Made by a program: the position numbers and the translations under genes
Assembly (NCBI RefSeq): GCF_964194155.1
Contig: NW_027597787.1
Span: 1-64,000 of the forward strand
DNA from: Cetorhinus maximus
Lineage: Eukaryota
DNA length: 64,000 bases
Reading direction: 5' to 3'
In this document: positions 1 to 13,029 of the stretch, in pieces
Layout: each line of letters begins with the position of its first letter
Numbering within the stretch: the stretch's first letter is position 1
The notes under the pieces: model-generated
The model's database searches: none
What the model saw: only the letters and a program-made list of their open reading frames with translations
What the model was told of the DNA's origin: nothing

Positions 1-170
1 TCAGACAAGGGAGAACTTTAGAGACAGTTTTGTCCAGTGTGTTAGTGGAAGACAGGGAAGTAGCAGAGGCAGCCGATCAGATTGTCTCAATCTTAGTGAC
101 AATGAAGCTCCATGAGCTCCTCACACTTGTTGGAGCTGAGGGTATTAGAGGTGGGGAGATGGAGAGTAAT
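1..170 (-). mobile_element. L2-type LINE fragment downstream of ZNF-1
   Basis: Reverse complement matches the LINE-like segments at 38400-38530 and 57190-57330. Confidence 0.6.
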
Positions 171-393
171 TCAGAAGGAACTAACTTGTGTTGGAGATAT
201 TAAAAAGACTCAACACACTGTGTGTTTAACACAAAACTGATTTATTTGACATTTATCCACAATGTTAATGCCCATTACTGGGCTGGAATTTATTAACATC
301 CACAGAAACAGATTCAAATTAACAGAGTTCAGCCCTGAATGTGATTAACAGAAAAATCCAATCATTGTAGTTACTCATGAACTCGCTAGCGTC

Positions 394-1407
394 TCAGCAG
401 GGTGGATCACCAAGTGAATCCGTTCCCACACTCGGAGCAGGTGAACAGCCTCTCCCCATGTGAACTCGCTGGTGATTCAGCAGGTGGGATGACCGGGCGA
501 ATTTCTTCCCACACTCGGAACAGGTGAACGGCCTCTCCCCAGTATGAACTCGCTGGTGATTCAGCAGGGTGGTTGACTGAGCAAATCCCTTCCCACACTC
601 AGAGCAGGTGAACGGTCTCTGTCCAGTGTGAATCCGCCGGTGTACAGTGAGTTGAGATGAGTGCTTGAACCCAGTCCCACAGGAGGAGCACTTGAACGGT
701 CTCTCACCAGTGTGAATTCGCTGGTGTGCGGTTAGTTCAGACGATCGAATGAACCCAGTCCCGCAGTGAGAGCACTTGAATGGTCTCTCATCAGTGTGAA
801 CACGTTGATGGGACATCAGTTCCCCGGAGCTTTTATAGCACTTCTCACAGTCTGGACATTTAAAAGGTCTCTCCCCGGTATGAACTCTCTCATGTCTCAG
901 CACATGGGACAATTGAGTGAATCTCTTCCCACACACATAGCAGGTGAATGGCCTCTCACCAGTGTGAATTCGCTGGTGTACAGTGAGTTGAAACGATCCC
1001 CTGAACCCAGTCCCACAGTGAGAGCACCTGAACGGTCTCTCATCAGTGTGAACACGTTGATGGTACATCAGGTCCCCAGAACTTCTATAGCATTTCCCAC
1101 AGTCTGGACATTTGAAAGCTCTCTCCCCAGTGTGAACCCGCTGGTATGTCAGCAGGTTGGATGACTGAATGAATCCCTTCCCACACTCAGAGCAGGTGAA
1201 TGGCCTCTCCCCAGTGTGAATTCGCTGGTGTGTTAACAGGTCGGATAGCCGAGTGAATCCCTTTCCACATTCGAAGCAGGTGAACGGCCTCTCCCCAGTG
1301 TGAATGCGTCGATGAGCTTCCAGCTCAGACGGGTAACTGAACCTCTCCTCACATTCCCCACATTTCCACAGTTTCTCCCCACTGTAAACGGTGCTTTTTC
1401 CTTCCAT
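394..1407 (-). CDS. C2H2 zinc-finger protein (ZNF-1), 11 in-frame fingers, KRAB-less; a 12th finger is frameshifted
   Basis: ORF 394-1491 with repeated Cx2Cx12Hx3H and TGERPF linkers; first ATG at 1407 (MEGKS...); splice acceptor near 1518; frameshift near 456 (HMGRGCSP...). Confidence 0.85.
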   Translation of the reverse strand: MEGKSTVYSGEKLWKCGECEERFSYPSELEAHRRIHTGERPFTCFECGKGFTRLSDLLTHQRIHTGERPFTCSECGKGFIQSSNLLTYQRVHTGERAFKCPDCGKCYRSSGDLMYHQRVHTDERPFRCSHCGTGFRGSFQLTVHQRIHTGERPFTCYVCGKRFTQLSHVLRHERVHTGERPFKCPDCEKCYKSSGELMSHQRVHTDERPFKCSHCGTGFIRSSELTAHQRIHTGERPFKCSSCGTGFKHSSQLTVHRRIHTGQRPFTCSECGKGFAQSTTLLNHQRVHTGERPFTCSECGKKFARSSHLLNHQRVHMGRGCSPAPSVGTDSLGDPPC

Positions 1408-1944
1408 GTTCAAAATCTGATGACATTCAGGTGACGATAAATTGAGCGACTCCATCAGATCCCGATGTGATATTTGCTTTGAGTTTCCCAAAGTGCAAAT
1501 CCTCCCCCTCTAATACTCTGTGAAGTTGATTTAAAACAGAAAAAAATGGGAGTGAGAAAGAACCCACAAAAACACAAAGGCAAGTTGTGAAATTGAGCTG
1601 AATGAATCTGGTCATTTGTGGAGCTAACACTAGCAAAAGTGACCATGAAATCTGCTGGATTGTCACAACAACCCAACTTTTTCACTGATGTCCTTCAGGG
1701 AAGGGAACCTGCCATCAACACTGGGCCTACACAAGTCTCTGGCCTCTATGGGGGGGATGAGGGAGAAAGAGAAAGGGTGAGAGGGATAGCAAGAAAAAGG
1801 GGAGGCAGAGAGTGAAAGAGAGGGATTTTAAATATCTACAGCTCAACTAGAACTTTGACAGAATCTCCCAAATCCTCAACCTCCACTAACTAAAAGTATG
1901 AGGGGAGCAGGTGTATGTGAACACCATCACCTCCAAGCTTCCCT

Positions 1945-2295
1945 CCATGGACTGCAGCGGTTCAAGAAGATGGCTCACTCCCACTTTCTCAAGGGCAATT
2001 AGGGATGGGCAATAAATGCTGGCCCAGCCTGCAATGCCCATAAATGAATTTTAAAAAATCCAAGTCACACAGTGCTGATTTGTCTGACATCCAGCACTGG
2101 ATGAGCAGAAATCTCCTCCATTTAAATATTCCTTCCCTGCCACTGGGTCAAAATCCTGGAACTCCCTTCCTAACAGCACTGTGGGTGTACCTATACCACA
2201 TGGACTGCAGTGGTTCAAGAAGGCAGCTCACCACCACCTTCTCAAGGGCAGTTAGGGATAGGCAATAAATGCTGGCTGAGCCACCAATGCTCACA
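1945..2295 (+). repeat. Two copies of a LINE/SINE 3' tail (catggactgcagcggttcaagaag...gggcaataaatgctggc)
   Basis: Near-identical segments at ~1946-2045 and ~2199-2295; same tail on SINEs elsewhere in the window. Confidence 0.6.
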
Positions 2296-3045
2296 TTATT
2301 GCTTTCAGTGCCTACTACAAATTCCACTCCCTAACCACTGACTCTCTCCCTCTCCTTGGCAACTGCCTGAGGCTGAATCACACTGTTCACAATCGCGAGA
2401 TGAGCTTACAGCCACATATCCGCATCAACACGAAGACCACCTATTTCTGCCTCAGTAACATCACCCGACTCCGCCCTAGTTTCAGTTAATCTGCTGTTGA
2501 AAGTGTCATCCATTCATTTGTTACCTATAGTCTAAATTATCCTAATGCATACCCAACCGGCCTCCAACATTCAACTCCATCCTCCTACCCCCAGAATCTT
2601 GAGGTCATCCAAAACTCTGCTATCTGTGTGCTTACTCACACTCAGTCTTGTTCACACATCACCCCTGTGCTCACCGACCAACAAAGGCTCTCATTTTAAA
2701 AGCACCAAAACTTTAAAATTCTCATGTTTTCCTCCATGGTTGTGATGATCCCGATCTCTGTATTCTCCTCCAGCCACAGCCCTCGCCAGGATCTCTACAC
2801 TGATCTAATTCCAGCCACTTGAGCATTCCCGATTTTAATCGCTCCACCATCAGTGACTGTTCTTTCAGTTGCCTAGGCCACAGCTCTACGCCTCACTCTT
2901 CTTCTTTAAAATACTCCTTAAAACCTACCTCTTTGACAAAGCTTTTGGTCACCTGCCCTAATATGGCTCATGTGGCTCAGTGTCAAACGTCACTTTGTAA
3001 TATTTCAGTGAAATGCCTTGGAAAATTTTATTATGCTAAAGGCAT
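2295..3045 (+). mobile_element. Degenerate L2-type LINE 3' portion
   Basis: Homologous to 40085-40220 and to the reverse complement of 47520-47950; decayed RT C-terminal coding traces. Confidence 0.55.
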
Positions 3046-3179
3046 AATTATTGTCACTGCCTTGGACATATATCGTTGATTTGCCTCATCAATTACACAT
3101 TGTAACTCAAAGTGTGAAGCAGCTTGATGGACAATTGTCCTCAGTCTGTCATTGGGAACATTTCAAAAAATGCCCACAG

Positions 3180-3550
3180 TAAAGATGGCGGCTGCGCACG
3201 CGCCCCGCCCACAATAAAGATGGCGACCGTTACCTCGGGGCTGCAATCGGAACAAAACTGCCGTCCTGGCTCCGTACAAAAGTGGGAACGCTATGGTCTT
3301 TTTCGGGGTTTTGCGGATTACGCAACATGTTTACAAAACCTTTCCGCCTACCCACCGGATCCATCGCTTCCTCCGTCCCCCGATTTTCGCCCTTACCGAT
3401 ACGGATCTGACAAAGCCTTCTCCCCATCGTCATTACTGGCTCTGCGCATGCTCCAATGTTTTTCTCCACTGCGCCTGCGTATTGCTCTCCTGTGATGTGG
3501 ATAGCGGATATTCCCCACCGCGGGGGATGATGGGTGAAGGCCCCGCCATT
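3180..3550 (-). promoter_or_regulatory. CpG-rich promoter/exon 1 of ZNF-1 (module A)
   Basis: Two YY1-type AAGATGGCG motifs, NRF1-like GCGCATGC/GCGCCTGCG, ZNF143/Staf-like TCACCCATCATCCCCCGCG (minus, 3519-3537), donor GAG|GTAACG near 3234; paralogous to 11050-11580. Confidence 0.6.
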
Positions 3551-3658
3551 GAAAATACAAATTATTGTATCGAGATTTGTTTTCCTGGTGTGGTACGGAG
3601 ACTGGGGCCGGAGGATCAAACAATTAACTTAGGAAACAAATAATATCGTTATACTATA

Positions 3659-4945
3659 TTGAAACTATTGGAGAAAATTCTGAAGGAGAGAATCTATCTC
3701 CACTTGGAGAGGCAAGGTTTGATCAGGGATAGTCAGCATGGCTTTGTCAGACGGAGGTCATGCCTAACAAATTTGACTGAATTTTTTGAGGGGGTGACCA
3801 GGTGTGTAGATGAGGGTAGTGCAGTTGAAGTAGTTTATATGGATTTCAGCAAAGCCTTTGACAAGGTTTTGGCTTGTAGGTGGCAGAGGTTGATGACAGA
3901 AGGATGCTTTAGTGACCTGAAGCCAGTGTCCAGTGGCGTACCACAGGGATCTGTGCTTGGTCCCCTATTATTCATCATTTATATAAATGACATAGATGAC
4001 TATGTAGGGGGTAGGTTTAGTAAGTTTGCGGATGACACAAAGATTGGCCGGGCGGTTAACAGTGAGGTTGAGTGTCTTGGGCTACAGCAAGATATAGACG
4101 GGATGGTCAAATGGGCAGATAAGTGGCAGATGGAATTTAACCCTGAAAAGTGTGAGGTGATACACTTTGGAAGGCGTAATTTGACAAGGAAGTATTCAAT
4201 GAACGGCATGACATTGGAAGTTCTGAAGAACAAAGGGTCCTTGGCGTGTGTGTCCACAGATCTCTGAAGTCGGAGTGGTATGTTAGTGGGGTGGTGAAAA
4301 AGGCATTTGGGACACTTGCCTTTATCAATCGAGGCATAGGTTACAAAAGTAGGGAGGTCATGTTGGAGTTGTATAGAACCTTGGTGAGGCCACAGCTGGA
4401 GTACTGAGTGCAGTTTTGGTCACCACATTATAGGAAGGATGTGATTGCACTGGAGATGGTGCAGAGGAGATTCACCAAAATGTTGCCCTGGGATGAAACA
4501 TTTAAGTTATGAAGAGAGGTTGGATAGACTTGGGTTGTTTTTGTTGGAGCAGAGAAGACTGAGGGGTGACCTGATCAAGGTGTACAAGATTATGAGGGTC
4601 ATGGACAGGGTGGATAGGGAGCAGCTGTTCCCCTTAGTTGAAGGGTCAGTCACAAGGGGGCATAACTTCAAGGTGAGGGGCAGGAGTTTTAGGGGGGATG
4701 TGAGGAAAAACTTTTTTAACCAGAGGGTGGTGACGGTCTGGAATGCGCTGCCTGGGAGGGTGGTGGGGGCAGGTTGCCTCACATCCTTTAAAAAGTGCCT
4801 GGATGAGCACTTGGCACGTCATAACATTCAAGGCTGTGGGCCAATTGCTGGTAAATGGGATTAGGTAGGGAAGTCAGGTGTTTCTCATGTGTCGGTGAAG
4901 ACTCGATGGGCTGAAGGGCCTCTTCTGCACTGTGTGATTCTGTAA
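3659..4945 (+). mobile_element. CR1 LINE, 5'-truncated with internal deletion
   Basis: RT motifs QHGF, YMDFSKAFDKV, SGVPQGSVLGP, KFADD; C-terminal RRLRGDLI; tail gattctgtaattct. Confidence 0.92.
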
Positions 4946-6599
4946 TTCTGAAACCCAACTGTGCGGACCCTCCATTATCCAGCAGAAAGGAGAATGGGAT
5001 TTGGTGGAAAATAGAGAGTCTCCAAAGAGCAGCAATAACAGCAGAATCCAACCCCTACAGTCACATATGAACTTACTGGTGCCCCAGCAGGCGGGAAGAA
5101 CAACTGAATCGCTGCCCACAAACACAACGTTTAAAAAGCCTCTTTCTACCAGGTGGGAAAATTCAGTCAATGCTTTCACACGTGTAAATTATCTGAATGG
5201 TCTGTCACAATGTGGCTATGCTGCCGTGTCCTGTCAGCTCTGAAAATCCTCCCCCGGTGCAACTACACAAGAGTTTCCATCTTAAATGGCAATGGAATCA
5301 CTCCTCACAGTCAACAACAACAAAAATCTGCATTTATTTTACACCTTTACTTTAATAAAACATCCCAAGATGCTTAGCATGGGTGAAATTGTAGCAGTGT
5401 TTTTGCGACCAAATTAAAGACAAAAACACAATTTCCAAACAATAAAAATGGAAACGCACACATTTTAGCAACATAAATCCGTGGCTCTGTTAAATGGTTC
5501 ATCACATTGTATAACATTCCTATGGTTGTAAAACAGCAGATAATCTGGCTCAGTATGATCTGTGCTTTGGTAGATCTGCTGTGAATATAACACATAGGGA
5601 ATAGCTGCGCATTTCATATTTGTTCTATCACATACATTTACTTTAATCAAATGTCTTGAAGCTGATTGTCTCCCAGGCTAATTTATTCAAAAGCCTTAAT
5701 AACCAGTGTTTCTTGTTTCCCATTTTTTTTTCTACAGCTCCAGCATTCATCTGATCCAATTGTTATTTCTCACCTCAGTTTTCAATCACTGTTGTCTTCA
5801 ATATCCTTTCTCATAATCCACTTCCCATCTGTGTCCACCCAACTATTCAGATTTTGTTACAAAAGCTGGTAACGATGTGAAATATGTCATGCAGCCTGAT
5901 ATTTAACACTATTTTGGGTGGTGGGGATTGATTATTGAGTACAATTTATGCAAAATGTATTCCTTCTTAGGGAGTCCCATCTGAAACATTAACCATCACA
6001 TGACGTTTATATGGGAAAATGTTTTTTTATCGAGACCAAGGAAGCGCAAAAATTGTCCCAAAGTTCATGGCCATGAGCGTGGGTGTCGAGTCCACATAGA
6101 TGAAGCACAATTGCCAGTTGGTCCTCACCAGCAACAAGAACTCCCACTCCCCATCATCCCCCAGACCCCTCAGCACAGCTCCTGGCCTCTCCCTGCCATT
6201 TGATGCTCCTCACATCTGCATCCTGTTGTTGTTGTATCAAGTGATTAAACACAGCTCCGCACTGTGCCCAGGAATTCCTTCCCATAATGTGCAAAAGCAC
6301 TCAGTCACTTCAAACACATCAACAAGACAATAAGTAATGGTGGAGGCACTGAAATGGCAGGTGCTGGAAACGTGGTGAGAGCAGGAAAGTGATAGCATGA
6401 AGTTAGAGGGAAGGAGGAGTAAGATGTGTCAGTGCGAAATTGGAGGGGGGGGAAAAGAGGAATGTCTGTGTGAATTCCTCTATCAAAGCCTTTCCTCATC
6501 CTCAGAATACAAATGTGATTTGAAGGTGTTTCGAAACAGCAACACGCCATGCAGTGGAAGAACACTAATTTATACCTGGGTCTGGCAGTTCCTCCAGGG

Positions 6600-7205
6600 T
6601 TTAATAGCCTGCTGCCTCCAGCTCTGTCAGACTGGAGCTGTGGCAACTGGTGAGGGAATCAACAAGAGGGAAAATCCTTGAACTCATTCTCACCATTCTA
6701 CCTGTCACAGATGCATCTGTCCATGATAGTATTGATAGGAGTGACCCCACAAGGCCCTTGTGGAGTCAGAGTCCCACCTTCACCCTGACAATTCCCTCCA
6801 TCGTGTTGTGTGGCACTGCCACTGTGCTAAATAGGATAGATTCAGAAGAGATCTAGCAACTCAAGACTGGGAACCCATGAGGCAGTGCGAGCCATCAGCA
6901 GCAGCAGAATCGTATTCAACCACAGTCTGTAAACTCATGGCCCAGCATATCCCTCACTCCACAATTACATCAAACCAGGCGATCAAGCCTGGTTCAATGA
7001 AGAGTGCAGGAGAGCAGGTCAGCAGCAGCACAAGACATATTGGAATGTCAACCTGGTGAACTACAACACAGGACTGCTTGCCAAACAGTGGAAGCAGCCT
7101 ATGATAGCCAGAGCTAAGCGATCTCACAACCAATGTATCAGATCAAAGCTCTGAAGACTTGTGTTCCAGAACTAGTGACACCTCCAGCCAAACCGTTCCA
7201 GCAGC
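6600..7205 (+). mobile_element. Decayed LINE fragment (end of APE endonuclease and linker, CR1 group)
   Basis: Translation resembles VREPTRGKxILDLILTNLP...DSIGRSDH, the APE C-terminal motif. Confidence 0.55.
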
Positions 7206-7647
7206 TTTCCAAAGAAAATAAAACCCAGCCTATGAAATGCTTCCTCTTCCCAACTGTTTTTGATGTGAATAAGGTTGAGTGGGAGTTCGCTAATTTCTCT
7301 CCCTTAATCTTATGAATCAGATCATTCTTGACATGGGTCTGCTGCTATTGGGCACCCAGGGAGTGACCATTCTAATTCGGTGACTCTGAGCAGTTTTGTT
7401 GGTCCAGGGACTTGAGTGAAACTTGCCACTTTTAAAGCGTCATCATTCATTGTACATTAGGCCACACCTACAAACTGATTTCTCACATTTCCAGTGAAGT
7501 GGAGGAAGTTTGCTTTCATAAACCAGCAACTGTGATAAAGACAAAGCAGGATGGAGAAAGACTCATTTGGAGCACAGTGACGCAGTGGATGAATGGAGAG
7601 CTGAGGTTCACCCATGAAAGCAGCAAAGTTTTTTAAAAAAGCAACAG

Positions 7648-7720
7648 CACCCAAAGTGGGGCTTGAACCCACAAACCTGAGGTTACAGGCCTCATGCACT
7701 ACTGACTGTGCTAGCCAGAA
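7648..7720 (-). pseudogene. tRNA-Lys(CTT)-derived pseudogene with altered anticodon loop
   Basis: TTCTGGC TA GCAC AGTCAGTA GTGC A TGAGG CCTGTAA CCTCA GGTTT GTGGG TTCAAGC CCCAC TTTGGGT G; A/B boxes; T6 terminator 7 nt downstream; acceptor stem decayed. Confidence 0.75.
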
Positions 7721-8454
7721 TCTCAAGGGACTGATGCTTTCCATTCAATCATTCACAGCTTCCCTTTCTTTGTTGCACCTCCTTCCAAACACTGTGATCC
7801 ATTTTCTTCAGGATTTCTTCCTGGATTTAATATTTACCTGCTTTGTGACCTCATTTTGAGATCAGATTCTCTTCGATCTCCAACACAAATTGAGTGGCAA
7901 AGCTGTCGGACAAACAATGGAAAACAAGTCAGTCGGTAACACAAATCCCATGGTGCTCATTTACAGATTCACAACAGTCAATTTTTAAATAAAAGGAAGG
8001 AATTTTGCAGGGAAAATATTTAGAAAGTTGTTTTTATTTGTGACACACTCACTCGGGTATTTTGTAAATGCTGCTTGGAGGTTCAGTGACCGGGATATAA
8101 TCTACCTGTATTTCCCTGAGCCGGTGCTCGGTGTATTGGGAGGTTTGACCTGGGTTGGAGTATCTTGCGTCCCAGGGATGGGCACTAACCCACTGTTTGA
8201 AGCTGCAGTCACCGCCTTCTGCTGGCAGCGGGCGATTGGAGAGTGCGGGGCCGGAATATTGCTGCTTTTCTGCTTTTCCCTGTCTCACTCACTGTGGAGC
8301 TGAGGAGGAGCGAATGGGTTTGTTTGAATCCAATAACTTCACAGATTTCCAATGGGTTAGATATAGGTACAGGGTAGGTCCAATCATTTTCTCATTAAAC
8401 TTGAAATAAATTAATCTATAATCCATTTGTGTGTGGCATGGGGCAGGGAGGGGG

Positions 8455-8765
8455 ATATGGTGGCATAGTGGGAATATCACCTAACTAGTAATCCAGAATC
8501 CCAAACTAATGATCTGGGGAACAAGGTTCAAATCCCAGTGGAATTTGAATTCAAGTAATAATCTGGAATTGAAAAGCTAATCTCAATAATGATGACTATG
8601 AAACCATTGTTGTAAAAACCCATCTGGTTCACCAGTGCCCTTTAGGGAAGGAAACCTGCTGTCCTTACCTGATCTGGCCTACATGTGATTCCAGACCCAC
8701 AGCAATGTGGTTGACTCTTAACTTCTTATGAAATGGTGTGACAAGCGACTCAGTTCAAGGACAAC
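8455..8765 (+). mobile_element. tRNA-derived SINE (family 1)
   Basis: A box TGGCATAGTGG, B box GGTTCAAATCC; body shared with copies at 11955-12410, 13205-13470 and 19030-19300. Confidence 0.7.
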
Positions 8766-8769
8766 AAAA

Positions 8770-8870
8770 CCATAAAATGCTGGAAAAACTCAGCAGGTCT
8801 AACAACATCCGTGGAGAGTAAAAGAAACAGAGTTAACATTTTGAGTCTGTATGATTCTTCTTCAGAGTCA
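8770..8870 (-). repeat. Penelope-type terminal repeat fragment with degenerate hammerhead
   Basis: Homologous to 63165-63260. Confidence 0.65.
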
Positions 8871-9129
8871 TCCCTTCAAGCCTTTCAGTGTCTTGTCTGT
8901 TACCAAGTATTCTGATTGTCCCAAAGTCGAAATTAGGTTGAAATCCCTGATGTGCTGTAACGAGAATCCTTTCAATTTCTCAGATCAGTTAATTTCACTG
9001 ATAACATCAGAATCAATGTTCCAGCGTCTTAAAGAAGGGAAAGGTGCCTTGACTGACACACACTAAGTCAAGATGTCAGTTTATCTCCTCTTAACCCTGA
9101 GAAATTAAGACCACAGATGCTAAAACTGA

Positions 9130-9401
9130 TTTCCTTGACATATTCTGATATATCCTGACCATTGACTAACTGTAAATTTCTCCTGAACCTTGGGGCTGTG
9201 ACTGCTTCCTGAAAGAAAGTGTCCAGCTAACTCTCCCCCTCCCTGACAGCCCTGATGTCTGCAGCTCAGAGTGCAGCTCAATAACCCTGAGACCAGGTTT
9301 CCTGAGCTGCAGACACTCACCGCAGATATGATGGTCCAGGATCGCAATATTCTCCAGAAACTCCTACTTGTTGCAGTCCCGGCACAGCACCTGCCCTGCA
9401 A
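9130..9401 (-). mobile_element. CR1 ORF1 fragment (zinc finger/leucine zipper N-terminus)
   Basis: Minus-strand reading ...VLCRDCNK*EFLENIAILDHHICGECLQLRKPGLRVIEL..., a Cx2C...Cx2C plus heptad pattern typical of CR1 ORF1. Confidence 0.55.
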
Positions 9402-9493
9402 AGAACTTTAAACTCTGGCCCAGTGATGGGAGTTATTACCTTCAGCAGAAATAAACAAAGCATGTGATTAACAGCAGCATCCAACCCCTGCAG

Positions 9494-10165
9494 TCACACA
9501 TGAACCCGCTGGTGTCTCAACAAGTTGGATGGTCGATTGAATCCCTTCCCACATTCGGAGCAGGTGAACGGCCTCTCCCCACTGTGAGTGCGTTGGTGTC
9601 TCTGGAGATTGAATGACTGAGTGAATCGCTTCCCACACACGGAACAGGTGAATATCCTTTCCCCAGTGTGAACTCGCTGATGTTGAATAAGGTGAGATGA
9701 TTGTCTGAATCTCTTCTCACAGTGAGAGCAACTGAATGGTCTCTTGTCAGTGTGAACAAGCTGGTGTTTAATTAGATCAGGAGAGGTTTTAAAGCAATCT
9801 CCACAGTAAAAGCATTTAAAAGGCCTCTCGTCACTGTGAACTCTCTGGTGTGACCCCAGGCTGGATGACTTAATGAATTCCTTTCCACACACAGAACAGG
9901 TGAACGGTCTCTCCCCAGTGTGACTGCGTCGATGAGTTTCCAGCTGGGATGGGAAACTGAATCCCTTCCCACAATCCCCACATTTCCACGGTTTCTCAAT
10001 GGTGTGGGTATCCTTGTGTCTCTCCAGGTTGGAAGATCTGTTGCAAACTTGTCCACACACAGAACACATGTACAGTTTCTCCCCGCTATGAATGGTGTGA
10101 TGTTTTTTCAGGCTGTGTAACTGGTTAAAGCTCTTTCCACAGTCAGTGCACTGGAAGACTCTCAC
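9494..10165 (-). CDS. C2H2 zinc-finger protein (ZNF-2), 8 fingers; start uncertain
   Basis: 223-codon open frame of tandem fingers; the usual TMEKP start is TIEKP here; upstream module has stops. Confidence 0.75.
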   Translation of the reverse strand: MRVFQCTDCGKSFNQLHSLKKHHTIHSGEKLYMCSVCGQVCNRSSNLERHKDTHTIEKPWKCGDCGKGFSFPSQLETHRRSHTGERPFTCSVCGKEFIKSSSLGSHQRVHSDERPFKCFYCGDCFKTSPDLIKHQLVHTDKRPFSCSHCEKRFRQSSHLIQHQRVHTGERIFTCSVCGKRFTQSFNLQRHQRTHSGERPFTCSECGKGFNRPSNLLRHQRVHV

Positions 10166-11049
10166 ACGGGTGTGTGTGTCTCGGTGCTTTTCTGGTCACA
10201 CTGATGTTTGTTATCTTTTCCCACAGACAGATCAGAGAAACATTTCTCCTTCCACATTCAAAGGTTGATGATATTCAGGTCCTGATGAATCGACTGACTC
10301 TGGGAGGTCTTGATGTGATGTTTGGTTAGTTTCCTGTGCAAATCCTTTCCTTCTAATATCCTGCAGAAAGAGTTGACAGTGTCAGTATCGCTATCAGTCC
10401 ATGTTAGAAATTCAAAACAGACAATTCTAGTTTCTATGCAATCTTTTTCTCTCTCTGTTCTTCCAAACATGTGATCTAAATCAATCTAAAAGAAGCCCCA
10501 AAAGGCAAAAAAAGCAAATGGAATTTTCACAATTAAACCACAATGTTAATTGCAGTGACTATGAGACACTCTGCACTCTGAGGTGCCCACTGTTTGTGGA
10601 AGGCATCAACCATACGGATTGACACTGCATCCTCGCTGGCCACCAGGGCGCAGGCAAGACCATAGAAGACTGACCCGCAGCCAAAGGGTCCCACCCACCC
10701 TAGATCTACAAGTTGTAACCACGCTGAAGAGCAGCTCCAGGACAAGATCCTCTTATGTACCTAGTCCCCTCCACACTGGACAGATAACGATAAGGAGCCT
10801 GGGTCTGAAGTGTGACCAAACATTGAAGAGCAGACCTTCAGGTAATTATACAGGGGCTGCAACATCTCACAATGAATATATACATGGCCCATAGACTCCC
10901 GTAGGCTGCAAACATCATCTGCAGCCTGGGAGTGGGTGAAGCTGTTTAAAAATGTGTTGCGCAATAAAACCAATTCTGGGGCACTGGGACCCAGTTGGGA
11001 ACAGATTCCCCCCTGCGGCCCCGCCCACTCCCTGTTGGGGCACCATGAC

Positions 11050-11580
11050 GTCCGCGCATGCGCTCTGCTCCCCGCTCAACCAAAATGGCGGCCGTTAACT
11101 TGAATAAAAACAAAAAACTGCGGATGCTGGAAATCCAAAACAAAAACAGAAACACCTGGAAAAACTCAGCAGGTCTGGCAGCATCGGCGGAGAAGAGCAA
11201 AGTTGACGTTTCGAGTCCTCATGACCCTTCAACAGAACTGTTCATTTCTGTTGCCGTTAACTTGAACTTGTTCGGAAAAAAGAACCGGGCTGCAAACGGG
11301 AGTATCTCAGGGTCTTATTCGAGGTTGGTGCCTTTACGAGGTGTTTAGAAACCCTCCCCGTCCTCCCGCCGCCTCCATCGCTCCCTCCGCCTCCATCGCT
11401 CCCTCCGTGTTTTCACTTCCTTACCAGTTTGGAGATAAGACAGACAGAAGACTCCGCATCGCCATTATGGCGCATGCTCCAAACACTGGGCGGTACTGCG
11501 CCTGCGCACTGCTCTCCTGTGGTGGGGGATAGGGGACATTCCCCACCGCGGGGGATGCTGGGTAAAGTCCTCGCCATCGA
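11050..11580 (-). promoter_or_regulatory. CpG-rich promoter/exon 1 of ZNF-2 (module A)
   Basis: NRF1 GCGCATGCGC, YY1 AAAATGGCGGC, ZNF143/Staf-like TTACCCAGCATCCCCCGCG (minus, 11547-11565); paralog of 3180-3550. Confidence 0.6.
11105..11245 (-). repeat. Penelope-type terminal repeat with minimal hammerhead motif (11201-11239)
   Basis: Minus strand AGTT-CTGTTGA-A-GGGTC-ATGAG-GACTC-GAAA-CG-TC-AACT; flanked by duplicated gccgttaacttgaa. Confidence 0.7.
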
Positions 11581-11954
11581 GTGGCCTAATTGGTGAATCG
11601 TGAGTCCTTATTTTTGCAACGATGTGGGGATTGGGGCGAGTGTTGGGCAGTCAATAAAATTAGCAACCAAATTATACAGAGGCCCAAGTGCACAGAACCT
11701 CCATTATCCACCAAAAAGAAGGGAACTGATGGTGAATTGCAAATCCCCCAAAGTTTTACCGAAACAGCAGCAATGACGCGGAATCCAATCCCTCCTGTCA
11801 AATATGAACTCAGGAGATGGGGTGACTGAGTGAATCCTTTCAGTGAGTAACTGTCAGGATTGTTGTCTTGTGGATATTCCTGGTTGTGTATTTTTAGTTA
11901 TGCTGTCACACACCAATAACACAGAGAAACCTGGAAACAGGCTGCAGTTCCTTT

Positions 11955-12410
11955 TTTTTCATTCATCACAGGATATGGGTGTCACTGGCAATGTGGGCAT
12001 TTATTACCATCCCTAATCGCCCTTGAGAATGTGATGGTGACCTGCCTTCCCAAACCGCTGCAATCCAATTGAATTTTACTTTCTCTGAGCGGTTTTGATA
12101 TGACCAAGTGGCTTATGCACCATTTCAAAGGGTCAAAGGTTCAAAGCACATTGCTGTTGGTCTGGAGTCACCTGAAGACCAGATAAGGCTGAGATGGCAG
12201 ATTTCCGCTCCTCGAGGATGTCAGGGGACCAGCTGGACTTTTGTAACAATGCATTTGTTTCATAATCACTGATAACAGCTTTTACAGTGGATTTTTATTC
12301 CAGATTTATTGAATTAACTGAATTTAAAATCTCTAACTGTTGTGATGGGATTTGAACTCACATCTCCAGATCATTATTCCCTCTCAATTACTAATCCAGT
12401 AATGTAACCA
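11955..12410 (-). mobile_element. tRNA-derived SINE (family 1)
   Basis: Reverse complement of the 8455-8765 family including the tail. Confidence 0.65.
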
Positions 12411-12414
12411 CTAT

Positions 12415-12785
12415 GTCTGGGCATGTCATCAGAATGCTTGAATTCAGATTGACAAACAGGCGCTGTACTCAGAGCTACACCAGGGAGACCCTTCACATGG
12501 GGCCAAAGGAAACTTTTCAAAGACAATCTCAAGGCCTCTGTGACATTCTGCTCTATCAACATAAACACTTGGGAAGCAGATTCCCAATCGCCTCCAAAAT
12601 GGCGATTCATCATCCAAAAACGTTTCAATCAACAAGAGCAGCCACTGAGAGAGACAAACAGAGAGGGCAGCTGCTTATGTCAACAATCCACCACCAACTC
12701 CACTGGCTGACAACCCCCATGTCCTCACTGTTGGGAGAGCCTGCAAGGCTAAAATAGGGCTCTTTAGTCATTTGTGAACCCACAG
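12415..12785 (+). mobile_element. RTE-clade LINE 3' fragment
   Basis: GHVIRM..RL..ALYSEL..GQRKLFKDNLKAS..TWE..W and a terminal CxxC..IGLFSH motif, frameshifted. Confidence 0.7.
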
Positions 12786-13029
12786 CTAACGCTGACATCT
12801 CACTTCCACCGAGTCATCAACAAAAAAGAATCATCCCTGACATGTGGGATTGTCAATGGATAACCACAATGTTATCTTCTTTATCTGCGGATCGAATGTC
12901 AGTTACATAATTGCAGCAGCAGTTAACAGCCTCCTGTGAACTCCTCCATGCGATATCTTAGTGCAGATTTTCAATAATTTATTTTGAGTGTGTTTATGTT
13001 AAATGAGTTAATACTGATTTTATAAATCA

